Shown: in pieces, positions 26,387-34,239 of the stretch
Numbering within the stretch: the first letter of the stretch is position 1
How the letters are laid out: each line of letters begins with the position of its first letter
IMG/VR virus record: IMGVR_UViG_2917881069_000005
DNA: 34,239 nucleotides
Reading direction: 5' to 3' (one strand)
Origin: a virus
Lineage: Duplodnaviria; Heunggongvirae; Uroviricota; Caudoviricetes
Position numbers and translations under genes: made by a program
The notes under the pieces: model-generated
Databases searched by the model: none
What the model saw: only the letters and a program-made list of their open reading frames with translations
Told to the model about the DNA's origin: nothing

Positions 26387-27130
26387 ATGACCACACCAAA
26401 TCCACTGGCAAAGACGAAAGGTGCGGGGACGACGTTCTGGATGTATACCGGCAACGGCGACGCATTTGCGAACCCTTTGTCGGACACTGACTGGCTGCGT
26501 CTTGCGATGGTGAAGGATCTGCAACCTGGCGAAATGACCGCTGATGCAGAAGATGATACTTATCTCGATGATGAAGATGCAGACTGGAAAACGACAACCC
26601 AGGGGCAGAAATCCGTTGGTGATACTTCGGCGACGCTGGCTTGGCGTCCAGGTGACAGCGGGCAGAAAAAACTGGTTCAGTTGTTCGACTCCGGTGAAGT
26701 CTGCGCGTTTCGTATCAAATATCCCAACGGTACTGTTGATGTTTTCCGTGGCTGGCTGAGTTCACTGGGTAAAACCATTGCCTCAAAAGACGTGATGACC
26801 CGCACTGTGAAAATCAGCGGTGTGGGGCGTCCGTATCTGGCAGAGGAAGGCACTGAAACAGTGAGCGTTACCGGGCTGACGGTGGCACCGGCATCTGCCA
26901 GTGTAAAAGTGGGAGCAACCACCACGCTGACCTTTACAGTAAAACCTGACGGAGCCAGTGACAAAGCGATCAGTGTGCATTCGTCAGATCCACAGACTGC
27001 CACGGTGACCCTGAACGGGCTTGTAGCCACGGTGAAAGGCGTGAAGCAGGGCAGTGTCAGCATTGTGGGCATGACCGCTGACGGGAATTTTGTGGCTGTG
27101 GCTGCGGTGACTGTCAGCGCCGCAGGTTAA
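26387..27130 (+). CDS. V: major tail protein V with C-terminal Ig-like domain
   Basis: Start MTTPNPLAKTKGAGTTFW with GGAGG RBS; gpV-like; ORF track 26312..27130. Confidence 0.8.
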   Translation: MTTPNPLAKTKGAGTTFWMYTGNGDAFANPLSDTDWLRLAMVKDLQPGEMTADAEDDTYLDDEDADWKTTTQGQKSVGDTSATLAWRPGDSGQKKLVQLFDSGEVCAFRIKYPNGTVDVFRGWLSSLGKTIASKDVMTRTVKISGVGRPYLAEEGTETVSVTGLTVAPASASVKVGATTTLTFTVKPDGASDKAISVHSSDPQTATVTLNGLVATVKGVKQGSVSIVGMTADGNFVAVAAVTVSAAG

Positions 27131-27190
27131 CAGGACGATACTCATCATTTGCCCCGGTTATCCGGGGCTTTTTTGCAGGTGGAGAACATG

Positions 27191-27577
27191 ATGTTTCTGA
27201 AACAGGGCACGTTTAATTATGAAAAACAGTCCGTGGTGCTCAGTGAGCTGTCCGGGCTGCAGAGAATTGAATATCTGGCGTTTGTTCAGCAGCGAACGGC
27301 AAAGTTTGATGCCGGTGAGGGAGAACTGCCGGAGGCTGAACGACAGATTGCTTTTCTGCGGATGGGGATGGATATCAATGCCTGGCTGGTTTCCCGCTCA
27401 CTGTGGAATGCGGATCAGTCTAAGGATGTAGAGACGCTTTGCGCATCCGTTATTACAACATGGTCGTATGATGCCCTGGGTGCGGGGGCGGAGATGGTTC
27501 TGTCGCTGAGCGGTATGGGGGCCATTGATAATGCCGGGGATGATGAGCATGAGGCGCTGACGCCGGAAAAGTCCTGA
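27191..27577 (+). CDS. G: tail assembly chaperone G
   Basis: MFLK...LSELSGLQRIEYLA resembles lambda gpG; GGTGGAG RBS. Confidence 0.8.
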   Translation: MFLKQGTFNYEKQSVVLSELSGLQRIEYLAFVQQRTAKFDAGEGELPEAERQIAFLRMGMDINAWLVSRSLWNADQSKDVETLCASVITTWSYDALGAGAEMVLSLSGMGAIDNAGDDEHEALTPEKS

Positions 27578-27915
27578 CGCGGGAAATGCAGTTTGTCATG
27601 CGGCTTGCCCGGGAGTTCCGGCGGGCAGACTGGCGGCGGATGCTGTCGGAAATGTCGGCCACTGAGCTTGGTGAGTGGGGCGATTATTTCCGGATGCAGA
27701 GCTTCAGTGATGTGTGGATGGATGCGCAGTTTGCCTCGCTGAAGGCATTGATCGTGAGAATGGTGTCCGGCAGCAGTGATGCTGCGGTGGCTGATTTCAG
27801 CCTTTTACCGGAAGAGAACGGGATACCGGAGCGAACGGACGAAGAACTGATGCATCTTGGGGAAGGTATTTCCGGAGGTGTGCGTTATGGACCAGATAGC
27901 CAACCTGGTCATTGA
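27191..27915 (+). CDS. T: G-T fusion product via -1 programmed frameshift near the end of G
   Basis: T frame (ORF 27586..27915) is -1 relative to G and open from about 27553; overlap contains CCGGAAAAGTCC just before the G stop. Confidence 0.6.
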
Positions 27916-30900
27916 TTTGGGGATTGATGCGGCAGAGTTTAAAAATGAAATCCCCCGTATCAAAAACCTTCTGAATGGTGCAGCCAGCGATGCAGAACGG
28001 TCTTCTGCCCGTATGCAGCGTTTTATGGAGCGTCAGACTCAGGCCGCCCGGCAGACAACGCAGGCGGCGTCTTCGGCTGCAACAGCCGCATCCGTCCATG
28101 CGCAGACGGTGGAGAAGAACGCACAGGCTCATGAACGCATGGCCCGCGAGGTGGAGAAAACCCGCCAGCGCATGGAGGCGCTGAGCCAGAAAATGCGCGA
28201 GGAACAGGCGCAGGCCATGGCTCTGGCGGAGGCTCAGGATAAAGCGGCTGCTGCGTTTTATCGTCAGATTGACAGTGTGAAACAGGCCAGTGCGGGTCTG
28301 CAGGAATTACAGCGTATTCAGCAGCAGATCCGACAGGCCAGAAACAGTGGCGGGATTGGTCAGCAGGATTATCTGGCGCTGATTTCTGAGGTTACGGCGA
28401 AAACCCGTGTTCTTACACAGGCTGAGGAAGAGGCTACCCGACAGAAAGTGGCGTTTATCCGTCAGCTTAAAGAGCAGGCAACCCGCCAGAATCTTTCTTC
28501 TTCTGAGTTGCTTCGTGCTAAGGCTGCCCAGCTGGGGGTAAGCAGTGCTGCAGAAGTGTATATCCGCAAAATGGAGCAGGCAGGAAAAGCCACGCATTCG
28601 CTGGGGCTGAAAAGTGCAGCGGCCCGTCAGGAGATAGGCGTTCTGATAGGTGAACTGGCCCGCGGAAATTTAGGTGCGCTGAGGGGATCCGGAATAACGC
28701 TGGCTAACCGTGCCGGGTGGATAGACACATTGATGTCACCGAAAGGCATGATGCTTGGCGGGGTTATTGGCGGTATTGCCGCGGCTGTCTATGGTCTGGG
28801 TAAAGCCTGGTATGACGGTCAGAAGGAGGGGGAAGAATTTAACCGCCAGCTGTCGCTGACGGGGCATTATGCCGGAGTCACTGCCGGGCAGCTGTGGACG
28901 CTCAGTCGTGCTATTTCCGGGAATGGTATCACGCAACATGCTGCAGCCGGTGCGCTGGCTCAGGTGGTGGGGAGTGGTGCATTTCGTGGAAACGATATCG
29001 GTATGGTGGCGAGAGCTGCCGCACAGATGGAGCGATCGGTTGGCCAGTCGGTCAGCGATACCATAAATCAGTTTAAGCGGCTGAAGGATGATCCTGTAAA
29101 TGCCGCGAAGTCTCTGGACAATGAGCTGCATTTTCTTACTGCCACTCAGCTTGAGCAGATACGCGTCCTTGGAGAGCAGGGGCGGTCCAGTGATGCGGCA
29201 CGGATAGCCATGTCTGCACTGGCAGAGGAAACCGGTCGGCGTACTGCGGATATTGATAATAACCTCAATGCGCTGGGCAGTACGCTGCAAACTTTGTCTG
29301 ACTGGTGGAAGCAGTTCTGGGATGCGGCCATGAATATTGGTCGTGAAGATTCGCTGGATGCGCAGATTGCCGCTTTACAGGAGAAAGTGTCGCGGGCGAA
29401 AAGACTCCCCTGGACGGCATCATCTTCTCAGGTTGAATACGATCAGCAGCGTCTTAACGATCTTCAGGAGAAAAAACGCCAGAAGGATTTGCAGGATGCA
29501 AAAGAGCAGGCAGAGCGGAATTATCAGGAGCAACAGAAACGCCGTAATGCTGAAAATGCTGCACTGAACCGGATGAATGAAACGGAAGCTGCACGACATC
29601 AGCGTGAAATTGCGCGTATTAATGCCATGCAGTACGCCGATCAGGCTGTCAGGGATGCGGCGATACAACGTGAAAATGAACGTTACGAGAAAGCCCTGGC
29701 ATCCGGTAAGAAAAAAACACGCGAAACCCGTAATGATGAGGCCACCCGGTTATTGCTGCAGTACAGTCAGCAACAGGCACAGGTGGAAGGACAGATTGCT
29801 GCTGCAAGACAGTCAGCAGGCATTGCCACTGAAAAGATGACAGAAGCGCATAAACAGCTTCTGGCTCTGCAGCAGCGCATCAGCGATCTGGACGGGAAAA
29901 AACTGACGGCAGATGAAAAGAGTGTGCTGGCCCGTAAAGATGAACTGATTCAGGCACTGACGCTGCTGGATGTAAAACAGCAGGAGCTTCAGAAACAGAC
30001 GGCACTCAACGATCTGAAGAAAAAAACAATTCAGCTGACCAGTCAACTGGCTGAAGAAGAGCGCGCTCAGCGTCAGCAACATGACCTGGATATCGCCACG
30101 GTTGGTATGGGTGATCAGCAGCGGCAGCGATATCAGGTACAACTGAGTCTTCGCCAGAAATACCAGCAACAGCTGGAGCAGTTGAGGCGGGATAGTGAGC
30201 AGAAAGGGACATATAACACGGATGACTACAGAAAGGCCGAGCAGGCGCTGACGGAGAGCCTGAACCGACAACTGAATGAGAATCGCCGTTACTGGCAACA
30301 GCTTGAAATTGCTCAGGGTAATTGGAAAAACGGAGTCCTGCGTGCACTCCAGAATGTCACTGAGAATGCGGATAACACAGCCGGGACAGTGGAACAGTTG
30401 TTCACGTCTGCGTTCAGTAGCATGAGTGACTGGCTGGCGACATTCTGTACTACAGGCAAACTCAATTTCAAATCTTTTACTTCTTCTGTGCTGTCAGATA
30501 TGTCCAGAATCATGGCTCAGATAGCTTTAATGAAAGCGGTAAAAGGCATTGCTTCCGCGCTGCCTTTTGATTTTGTAGCCAATGCTGATGGCGGTGTTTA
30601 TCAGTCGGCTGATTTGAGTCGCTACAGTGGCACGGTGGTTAACCGTCCGACGTTTTTTGCTTTTGCAAAAGGCGCGGGTGTGATGGGGGAAGCTGGACCT
30701 GAAGCCATTCTGCCACTGCGTCGTGGTGCTGACGGTAAGCTGGGGGTTGTGGCGGATATTGGTGGTTCAGGTATGGCGATGTTTGCCCCGCAGTACAACA
30801 TCGAGATCAATAACGATGGCACGAACGGGCAGATAGGCCCGGCTGCCCTGAAGGTGGTTTATGACCTTGGGAAAAAAGCGGCAGCGGACTTTATGCAACA

Positions 30901-30943
30901 GCAGGCCCGTGATGGTGGTCGGTTAAGTGGAGCATATCGGTAA
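27887..30943 (+). CDS. H: tail tape measure protein H
   Basis: About 1018 aa, coiled-coil rich; C-terminus VINNDGTNGQIGPAALK matches recalled lambda gpH; GGAGGTG RBS. Confidence 0.85.
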   Translation: MDQIANLVIDLGIDAAEFKNEIPRIKNLLNGAASDAERSSARMQRFMERQTQAARQTTQAASSAATAASVHAQTVEKNAQAHERMAREVEKTRQRMEALSQKMREEQAQAMALAEAQDKAAAAFYRQIDSVKQASAGLQELQRIQQQIRQARNSGGIGQQDYLALISEVTAKTRVLTQAEEEATRQKVAFIRQLKEQATRQNLSSSELLRAKAAQLGVSSAAEVYIRKMEQAGKATHSLGLKSAAARQEIGVLIGELARGNLGALRGSGITLANRAGWIDTLMSPKGMMLGGVIGGIAAAVYGLGKAWYDGQKEGEEFNRQLSLTGHYAGVTAGQLWTLSRAISGNGITQHAAAGALAQVVGSGAFRGNDIGMVARAAAQMERSVGQSVSDTINQFKRLKDDPVNAAKSLDNELHFLTATQLEQIRVLGEQGRSSDAARIAMSALAEETGRRTADIDNNLNALGSTLQTLSDWWKQFWDAAMNIGREDSLDAQIAALQEKVSRAKRLPWTASSSQVEYDQQRLNDLQEKKRQKDLQDAKEQAERNYQEQQKRRNAENAALNRMNETEAARHQREIARINAMQYADQAVRDAAIQRENERYEKALASGKKKTRETRNDEATRLLLQYSQQQAQVEGQIAAARQSAGIATEKMTEAHKQLLALQQRISDLDGKKLTADEKSVLARKDELIQALTLLDVKQQELQKQTALNDLKKKTIQLTSQLAEEERAQRQQHDLDIATVGMGDQQRQRYQVQLSLRQKYQQQLEQLRRDSEQKGTYNTDDYRKAEQALTESLNRQLNENRRYWQQLEIAQGNWKNGVLRALQNVTENADNTAGTVEQLFTSAFSSMSDWLATFCTTGKLNFKSFTSSVLSDMSRIMAQIALMKAVKGIASALPFDFVANADGGVYQSADLSRYSGTVVNRPTFFAFAKGAGVMGEAGPEAILPLRRGADGKLGVVADIGGSGMAMFAPQYNIEINNDGTNGQIGPAALKVVYDLGKKAAADFMQQQARDGGRLSGAYR

Positions 30944-31272
30944 TGGAGACGTTTCACTGGAAAGTGCGCCCGGATATGAATGTGGTATCAGAGCCGAAAG
31001 TGGTGACAGTGAAGCTGGGCGATGGTTATGAACAGCGTCGTGCAGCGGGACTGAATAACCAGTTGTCGACTTACAGCGTGACGATACGTGTTCGTAAATG
31101 TGAACACCCATCTTTAAAAGCCTTTCTGGAACGGCACGGTGGCGTCCGCGCATTTCAGTGGACGCCACCTTATGACTGGAAGCCGATCAGGGTGGTTTGT
31201 CGTAAATGGTCGGCAAGCGTGGGGGCATTGTGGGTAACCATAACGGCAGATTTTGAACAGGTCGTGGCATAG
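30943..31272 (+). CDS. M: minor tail protein M
   Basis: 109 aa, gpM-like; TAATG overlap with H. Confidence 0.85.
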   Translation: METFHWKVRPDMNVVSEPKVVTVKLGDGYEQRRAAGLNNQLSTYSVTIRVRKCEHPSLKAFLERHGGVRAFQWTPPYDWKPIRVVCRKWSASVGALWVTITADFEQVVA

Positions 31273-31281
31273 GAGGCTCTG

Positions 31282-31980
31282 ATGCAGGATATTCCACAGG
31301 AAACACATCATGAGACGACACGCCTCACTCAGTCAGCCCAGGTGGTGCTCTGGGAAATCGATCTGACAGAGGTCGGTGGTGAACGTTATTTTTTCTGTAA
31401 TGAGCAGAACGAAAAAGGTGAGCCGGTTACCTGGCAGGGGCGGCAGTATCAGGCATACCCCATTCAGGGGACGGGATTTGAACTGAACGGCAAGGGCAGT
31501 GCTGCCCGTCCGACACTGACGGTTTCTAACCTGCACGGAATGGTCACCGGGATGGCGGAAGACCTGCAGAGTCTGGTCGGCGGAACGGTGGTCAGGCGTA
31601 AGGTTTACGCCCGTTTTCTGGATGCGGTGAACTTCGTCAACGGAAACAGTGACGCCGATCCGGAGCAGGAGGTGATCAGCCGCTGGCGCATCGAGCAGTG
31701 CAGCGAACTGAGCGCGGTCAGTGCCTCTTTTGTACTGTCCACGCCGACGGAAACGGACGGTGCTGTTTTTCCGGGGCGCATCATGCTGGCTAATACCTGC
31801 ACCTGGACCTATCGCGGTGATGAGTGCGGTTATCACGGTCCGGCTGTCGCTGATGAATATGACCAGCCGACGTCCGATATCACGAAGGATAAATGCAGCA
31901 AATGCCTGAGTGGTTGTAAGTTTCGCAATAACGTCGGCAACTTTGGCGGCTTCCTTTCCATTAACAAACTTTCGCAGTAA
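31282..31980 (+). CDS. L: minor tail protein L
   Basis: 232 aa, near-identical to recalled lambda gpL including C-terminal Cys cluster. Confidence 0.85.
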   Translation: MQDIPQETHHETTRLTQSAQVVLWEIDLTEVGGERYFFCNEQNEKGEPVTWQGRQYQAYPIQGTGFELNGKGSAARPTLTVSNLHGMVTGMAEDLQSLVGGTVVRRKVYARFLDAVNFVNGNSDADPEQEVISRWRIEQCSELSAVSASFVLSTPTETDGAVFPGRIMLANTCTWTYRGDECGYHGPAVADEYDQPTSDITKDKCSKCLSGCKFRNNVGNFGGFLSINKLSQ

Positions 31981-31984
31981 TCCC

Positions 31985-32728
31985 ATGACACAGACAGAAT
32001 CAGCGATTCTGGCGCACGCCCGGCGATGTGCGCCAGCGGAGTCGTGCGGCTTCGTGGTGAGAACGCCGGAGGGGGAAAGATATTTTCCCTGCGTGAATAT
32101 CTCCGGTGAGCCGGAGGCGTATTTCCGGATGTCGCCGGAGGACTGGCTGCGGGCAGAGATGCAGGGTGAGATTGTGGCGCTGGTCCACAGCCACCCCGGT
32201 GGTCTGCCCTGGCTGAGTGAGGCTGACAGGCGGCTGCAGGTGCAGAGCGATTTGCCTTGGTGGCTGGTCTGCCGGGGTGAGATTCATAAATTCCGCTGTG
32301 TGCCGCATCTTACCGGGCGGCGCTTTGAGCACGGGGTGACGGACTGTTACACGCTGTTCCGGGATGCTTATCATCTGGCGGGGATTGAGATGCCGGATTT
32401 TCATCGCGGGGATGACTGGTGGCGTCACGGTCAGAATCTCTATCTGGATAATCTGGAGGCCACAGGGCTGTATCAGGTGCCGTTGTCAGCGGCGCAGCCT
32501 GGCGATGTGCTGCTGTGCTGTTTTGGTTCATCGGTGCCGAATCATGCCGCCATTTACTGTGGTGACGGCGAGCTGCTGCACCATATTCCTGAACAACTGA
32601 GCAAACGAGAGAGGTATACCGACAAATGGCAGCGACGCACACACTCCCTCTGGCGTCACCGGGCATGGCACGCATCTGCCTTTACGGGGATTTGCAACGA
32701 TTTGGCCGCCGCATCGACCTTCGTGTGA
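31985..32728 (+). CDS. K: tail assembly protein K (JAB/MPN plus NlpC/P60-like)
   Basis: Start MTQTESAILAHARR; HSHP JAB motif; near-identical to recalled lambda gpK. Confidence 0.85.
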   Translation: MTQTESAILAHARRCAPAESCGFVVRTPEGERYFPCVNISGEPEAYFRMSPEDWLRAEMQGEIVALVHSHPGGLPWLSEADRRLQVQSDLPWWLVCRGEIHKFRCVPHLTGRRFEHGVTDCYTLFRDAYHLAGIEMPDFHRGDDWWRHGQNLYLDNLEATGLYQVPLSAAQPGDVLLCCFGSSVPNHAAIYCGDGELLHHIPEQLSKRERYTDKWQRRTHSLWRHRAWHASAFTGICNDLAAASTFV

Positions 32729-33273
32729 AAACGGGGGCCGAAGCCATCCGGGCGCTGGCCACACAGCTCCCGGCGTTTCGTCAGAAACTGAATGACGGCT
32801 GGTATCAGGTGCGCATTGCCGGGCGTGATGCAGGTGAAACCGAATTATCTGCCCGTCTTAATGAGCCGCTGGCAAATGGTGCCGTGATCCATATCGTGCC
32901 GCGTCTGGCGGGAGCTAAAAGTGGCGGTGTATTTCAGGTGGTGCTGGGGGCGGCGTTGATTGCGGTGGCATGGTGGAACCCTGTGGGCTGGCTGGGTGCC
33001 GCGGCTGTATCGGGCATGTATGCGGCAGGGGCCAGTATGATCCTGGGCGGTGTGGCGCAGATGCTGGCACCGAAAGCCAGGACGTCCACGGCAGCCAGTA
33101 CAGATAACGGCAAACAGAACACCTATTTTTCCTCACTGGATAACATGGTTGCTCAGGGCAATGTTTTGCCTGTTCTGTACGGTGAAATGCGTGTGGGGTC
33201 GCGGGTGGTTTCTCAGGAGATCAGCACGGCAGACGAAGGGGACGGTGGTCAGGTTGTGGTGATTGGTCGCTGA
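32626..33273 (+). CDS. I: tail assembly protein I
   Basis: MAATHTLPLASPGMARICLYGDLQRFG... as in lambda gpI; overlaps K 3' end in another frame. Confidence 0.8.
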   Translation: MAATHTLPLASPGMARICLYGDLQRFGRRIDLRVKTGAEAIRALATQLPAFRQKLNDGWYQVRIAGRDAGETELSARLNEPLANGAVIHIVPRLAGAKSGGVFQVVLGAALIAVAWWNPVGWLGAAAVSGMYAAGASMILGGVAQMLAPKARTSTAASTDNGKQNTYFSSLDNMVAQGNVLPVLYGEMRVGSRVVSQEISTADEGDGGQVVVIGR

Positions 33274-33333
33274 TGCAAAATGTTTTATGTGAAACCGCCT
33301 TCGGGCGGTTTTGTCGTTTATGGAGCATGACGA

Positions 33334-34239
33334 ATGGGTAAAGGCAGCAGTAAGGGGCATACCCCGCGCGAAGCGAAGGATAACCTGAAATCCACGCAGT
33401 TACTGAGTGTGATCGATGCCATCAGCGAAGGGCCGATTGAAGGTCCGGTGGATGGATTAAAAAGCGTGCTGCTGAACAGTACACCGGTGCTGGACAGTGA
33501 GGGGAATACCAACATCTCCGGTGTCACGGTGGTGTTCCGGGCAGGTGAGCAGGAGCAGACACCGCCGGAGGGTTTTGAATCCTCCGGTTCCGAGACGGTG
33601 CTGGGTACGGAAGTGAAATACGACACGCCGATCACCCGGACCATCACGTCTGCAAACATCGACCGTCTGCGCTTTACCTTCGGTGTGCAGGCACTGGTGG
33701 AAACCACCTCAAAGGGTGACCGGAATCCGTCGGAAGTCCGCCTGCTGGTTCAGATACAACGTAACGGTGGCTGGGTGACAGAAAAAGACATCACCATTAA
33801 GGGCAAAACCACGTCGCAGTATCTGGCCTCGGTGGTGGTGGATAACCTGCCGCCGCGACCGTTCAATATCCGGATGCGCAGGATGACACCGGACAGCACA
33901 ACAGACCAGCTGCAGAACAAAACGCTCTGGTCGTCATACACCGAAATCATCGATGTGAAACAGTGCTACCCGAACACGGCACTGGTCGGCGTGCAGGTGG
34001 ATTCGGAGCAGTTCGGCAGCCAGCAGGTGAGCCGTAATTATCATCTTCGCGGGCGCATTCTGCAGGTGCCGTCGAACTATAACCCGCAGACGCGGCAATA
34101 CAGCGGTATCTGGGACGGGACGTTTAAACCGGCATACAGCAACAACATGGCCTGGTGTCTGTGGGATATGCTGACCCATCCGCGCTACGGCATGGGGAAG
34201 CGTCTCGGTGCGGCGGATGTGGACAATGGGCGCTGTATG
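33334..34239 (+). CDS. J: tail tip / host specificity protein J (5' part; continues beyond window)
   Basis: Hand-translated open frame to window end: MGKGSSKGHTPREAKDNLKSTQLLSVIDAISEGPIEGPVDGLK... near-identical to recalled lambda gpJ N-terminus; absent from ORF track because no stop in window. Confidence 0.85.
   Translation, partial: MGKGSSKGHTPREAKDNLKSTQLLSVIDAISEGPIEGPVDGLKSVLLNSTPVLDSEGNTNISGVTVVFRAGEQEQTPPEGFESSGSETVLGTEVKYDTPITRTITSANIDRLRFTFGVQALVETTSKGDRNPSEVRLLVQIQRNGGWVTEKDITIKGKTTSQYLASVVVDNLPPRPFNIRMRRMTPDSTTDQLQNKTLWSSYTEIIDVKQCYPNTALVGVQVDSEQFGSQQVSRNYHLRGRILQVPSNYNPQTRQYSGIWDGTFKPAYSNNMAWCLWDMLTHPRYGMGKRLGAADVDNGRCM

Noticed and set aside
28736-30347. Long minus-strand ORFs (184, 161 and 113 aa) inside the tape-measure gene
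   Set aside because: They lie entirely antisense to a confidently recognised, lambda-like gpH frame; long antisense open frames are common in GC-rich, repetitive coding sequence, and they have no start context or recognisable domains.
1-34239. Integrase and attachment site
   Set aside because: No tyrosine or serine recombinase signature found in any frame; the excisionase-like gene at 1079..1378 is followed leftward by the Panacea cassette rather than int, so int/att presumably lie outside the window.
1-34239. Consensus LexA/SOS box (CTGT-N8-ACAG) that could be the target of the LexA-DBD-only protein
   Set aside because: Visual scan of intergenic regions found no convincing match; the cI-cro palindromes have a different core (TGTAC/GTACA). 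A motif scan would be needed to exclude weak sites.

Overview
This 34.2-kb window is almost entirely a lambdoid (lambda-like) prophage of an enterobacterial host, read from its early-left arm to the 5' part of tail gene J. I saw no integrase, att site, rRNA, tRNA or CRISPR array. Layout: (i) 1-1063, a two-gene accessory cassette (Panacea/DUF4065-like protein plus a small membrane protein); (ii) 1079-5565, minus-strand early-left operon (excisionase-like, DEDDh exonuclease, DUF551, twin small ORFs, a CPS-53 yfdPQRST-like block including an HD-domain YfdR-like protein); (iii) 5566-6998, immunity region (structured non-coding stretch, terminator, S24-type CI repressor, palindromic operators); (iv) 6999-13734, early-right operon (Cro, YdaT-like, two unknowns, O-like initiator with in-gene iterons, PerC-like, phage Dam methyltransferase, LexA-DNA-binding-domain-only protein, RusA, KilA-N, DUF968, Q); (v) 13735-15975, moron zone (opposite-strand lipoprotein, small ORF, N6_N4 methyltransferase, hairpin terminators); (vi) 16010-17598, P21-type lysis cassette (pinholin, unknown insert, SAR endolysin fused in frame to Rz, embedded Rz1); (vii) 17600-18414, non-coding cos-like region; (viii) 18415-34239, packaging, head (ClpP-like protease, HK97-fold capsid) and lambda-type tail genes Z U V G/T H M L K I J. 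Four single-nucleotide frame disruptions (Q start, R-Rz junction, terminase large subunit, small head gene) indicate either a decaying prophage or indel sequencing errors. The most unusual candidate is the Panacea plus membrane-protein pair at the left end, a plausible toxin-antitoxin or abortive-infection module whose membrane partner I cannot place in any family. All family assignments come from recalled sequence signatures and gene order, not database searches. CDS boundaries are anchored on the supplied ORF track; hand-indexed small elements (hairpins, operators) may be off by 1-2 bp.
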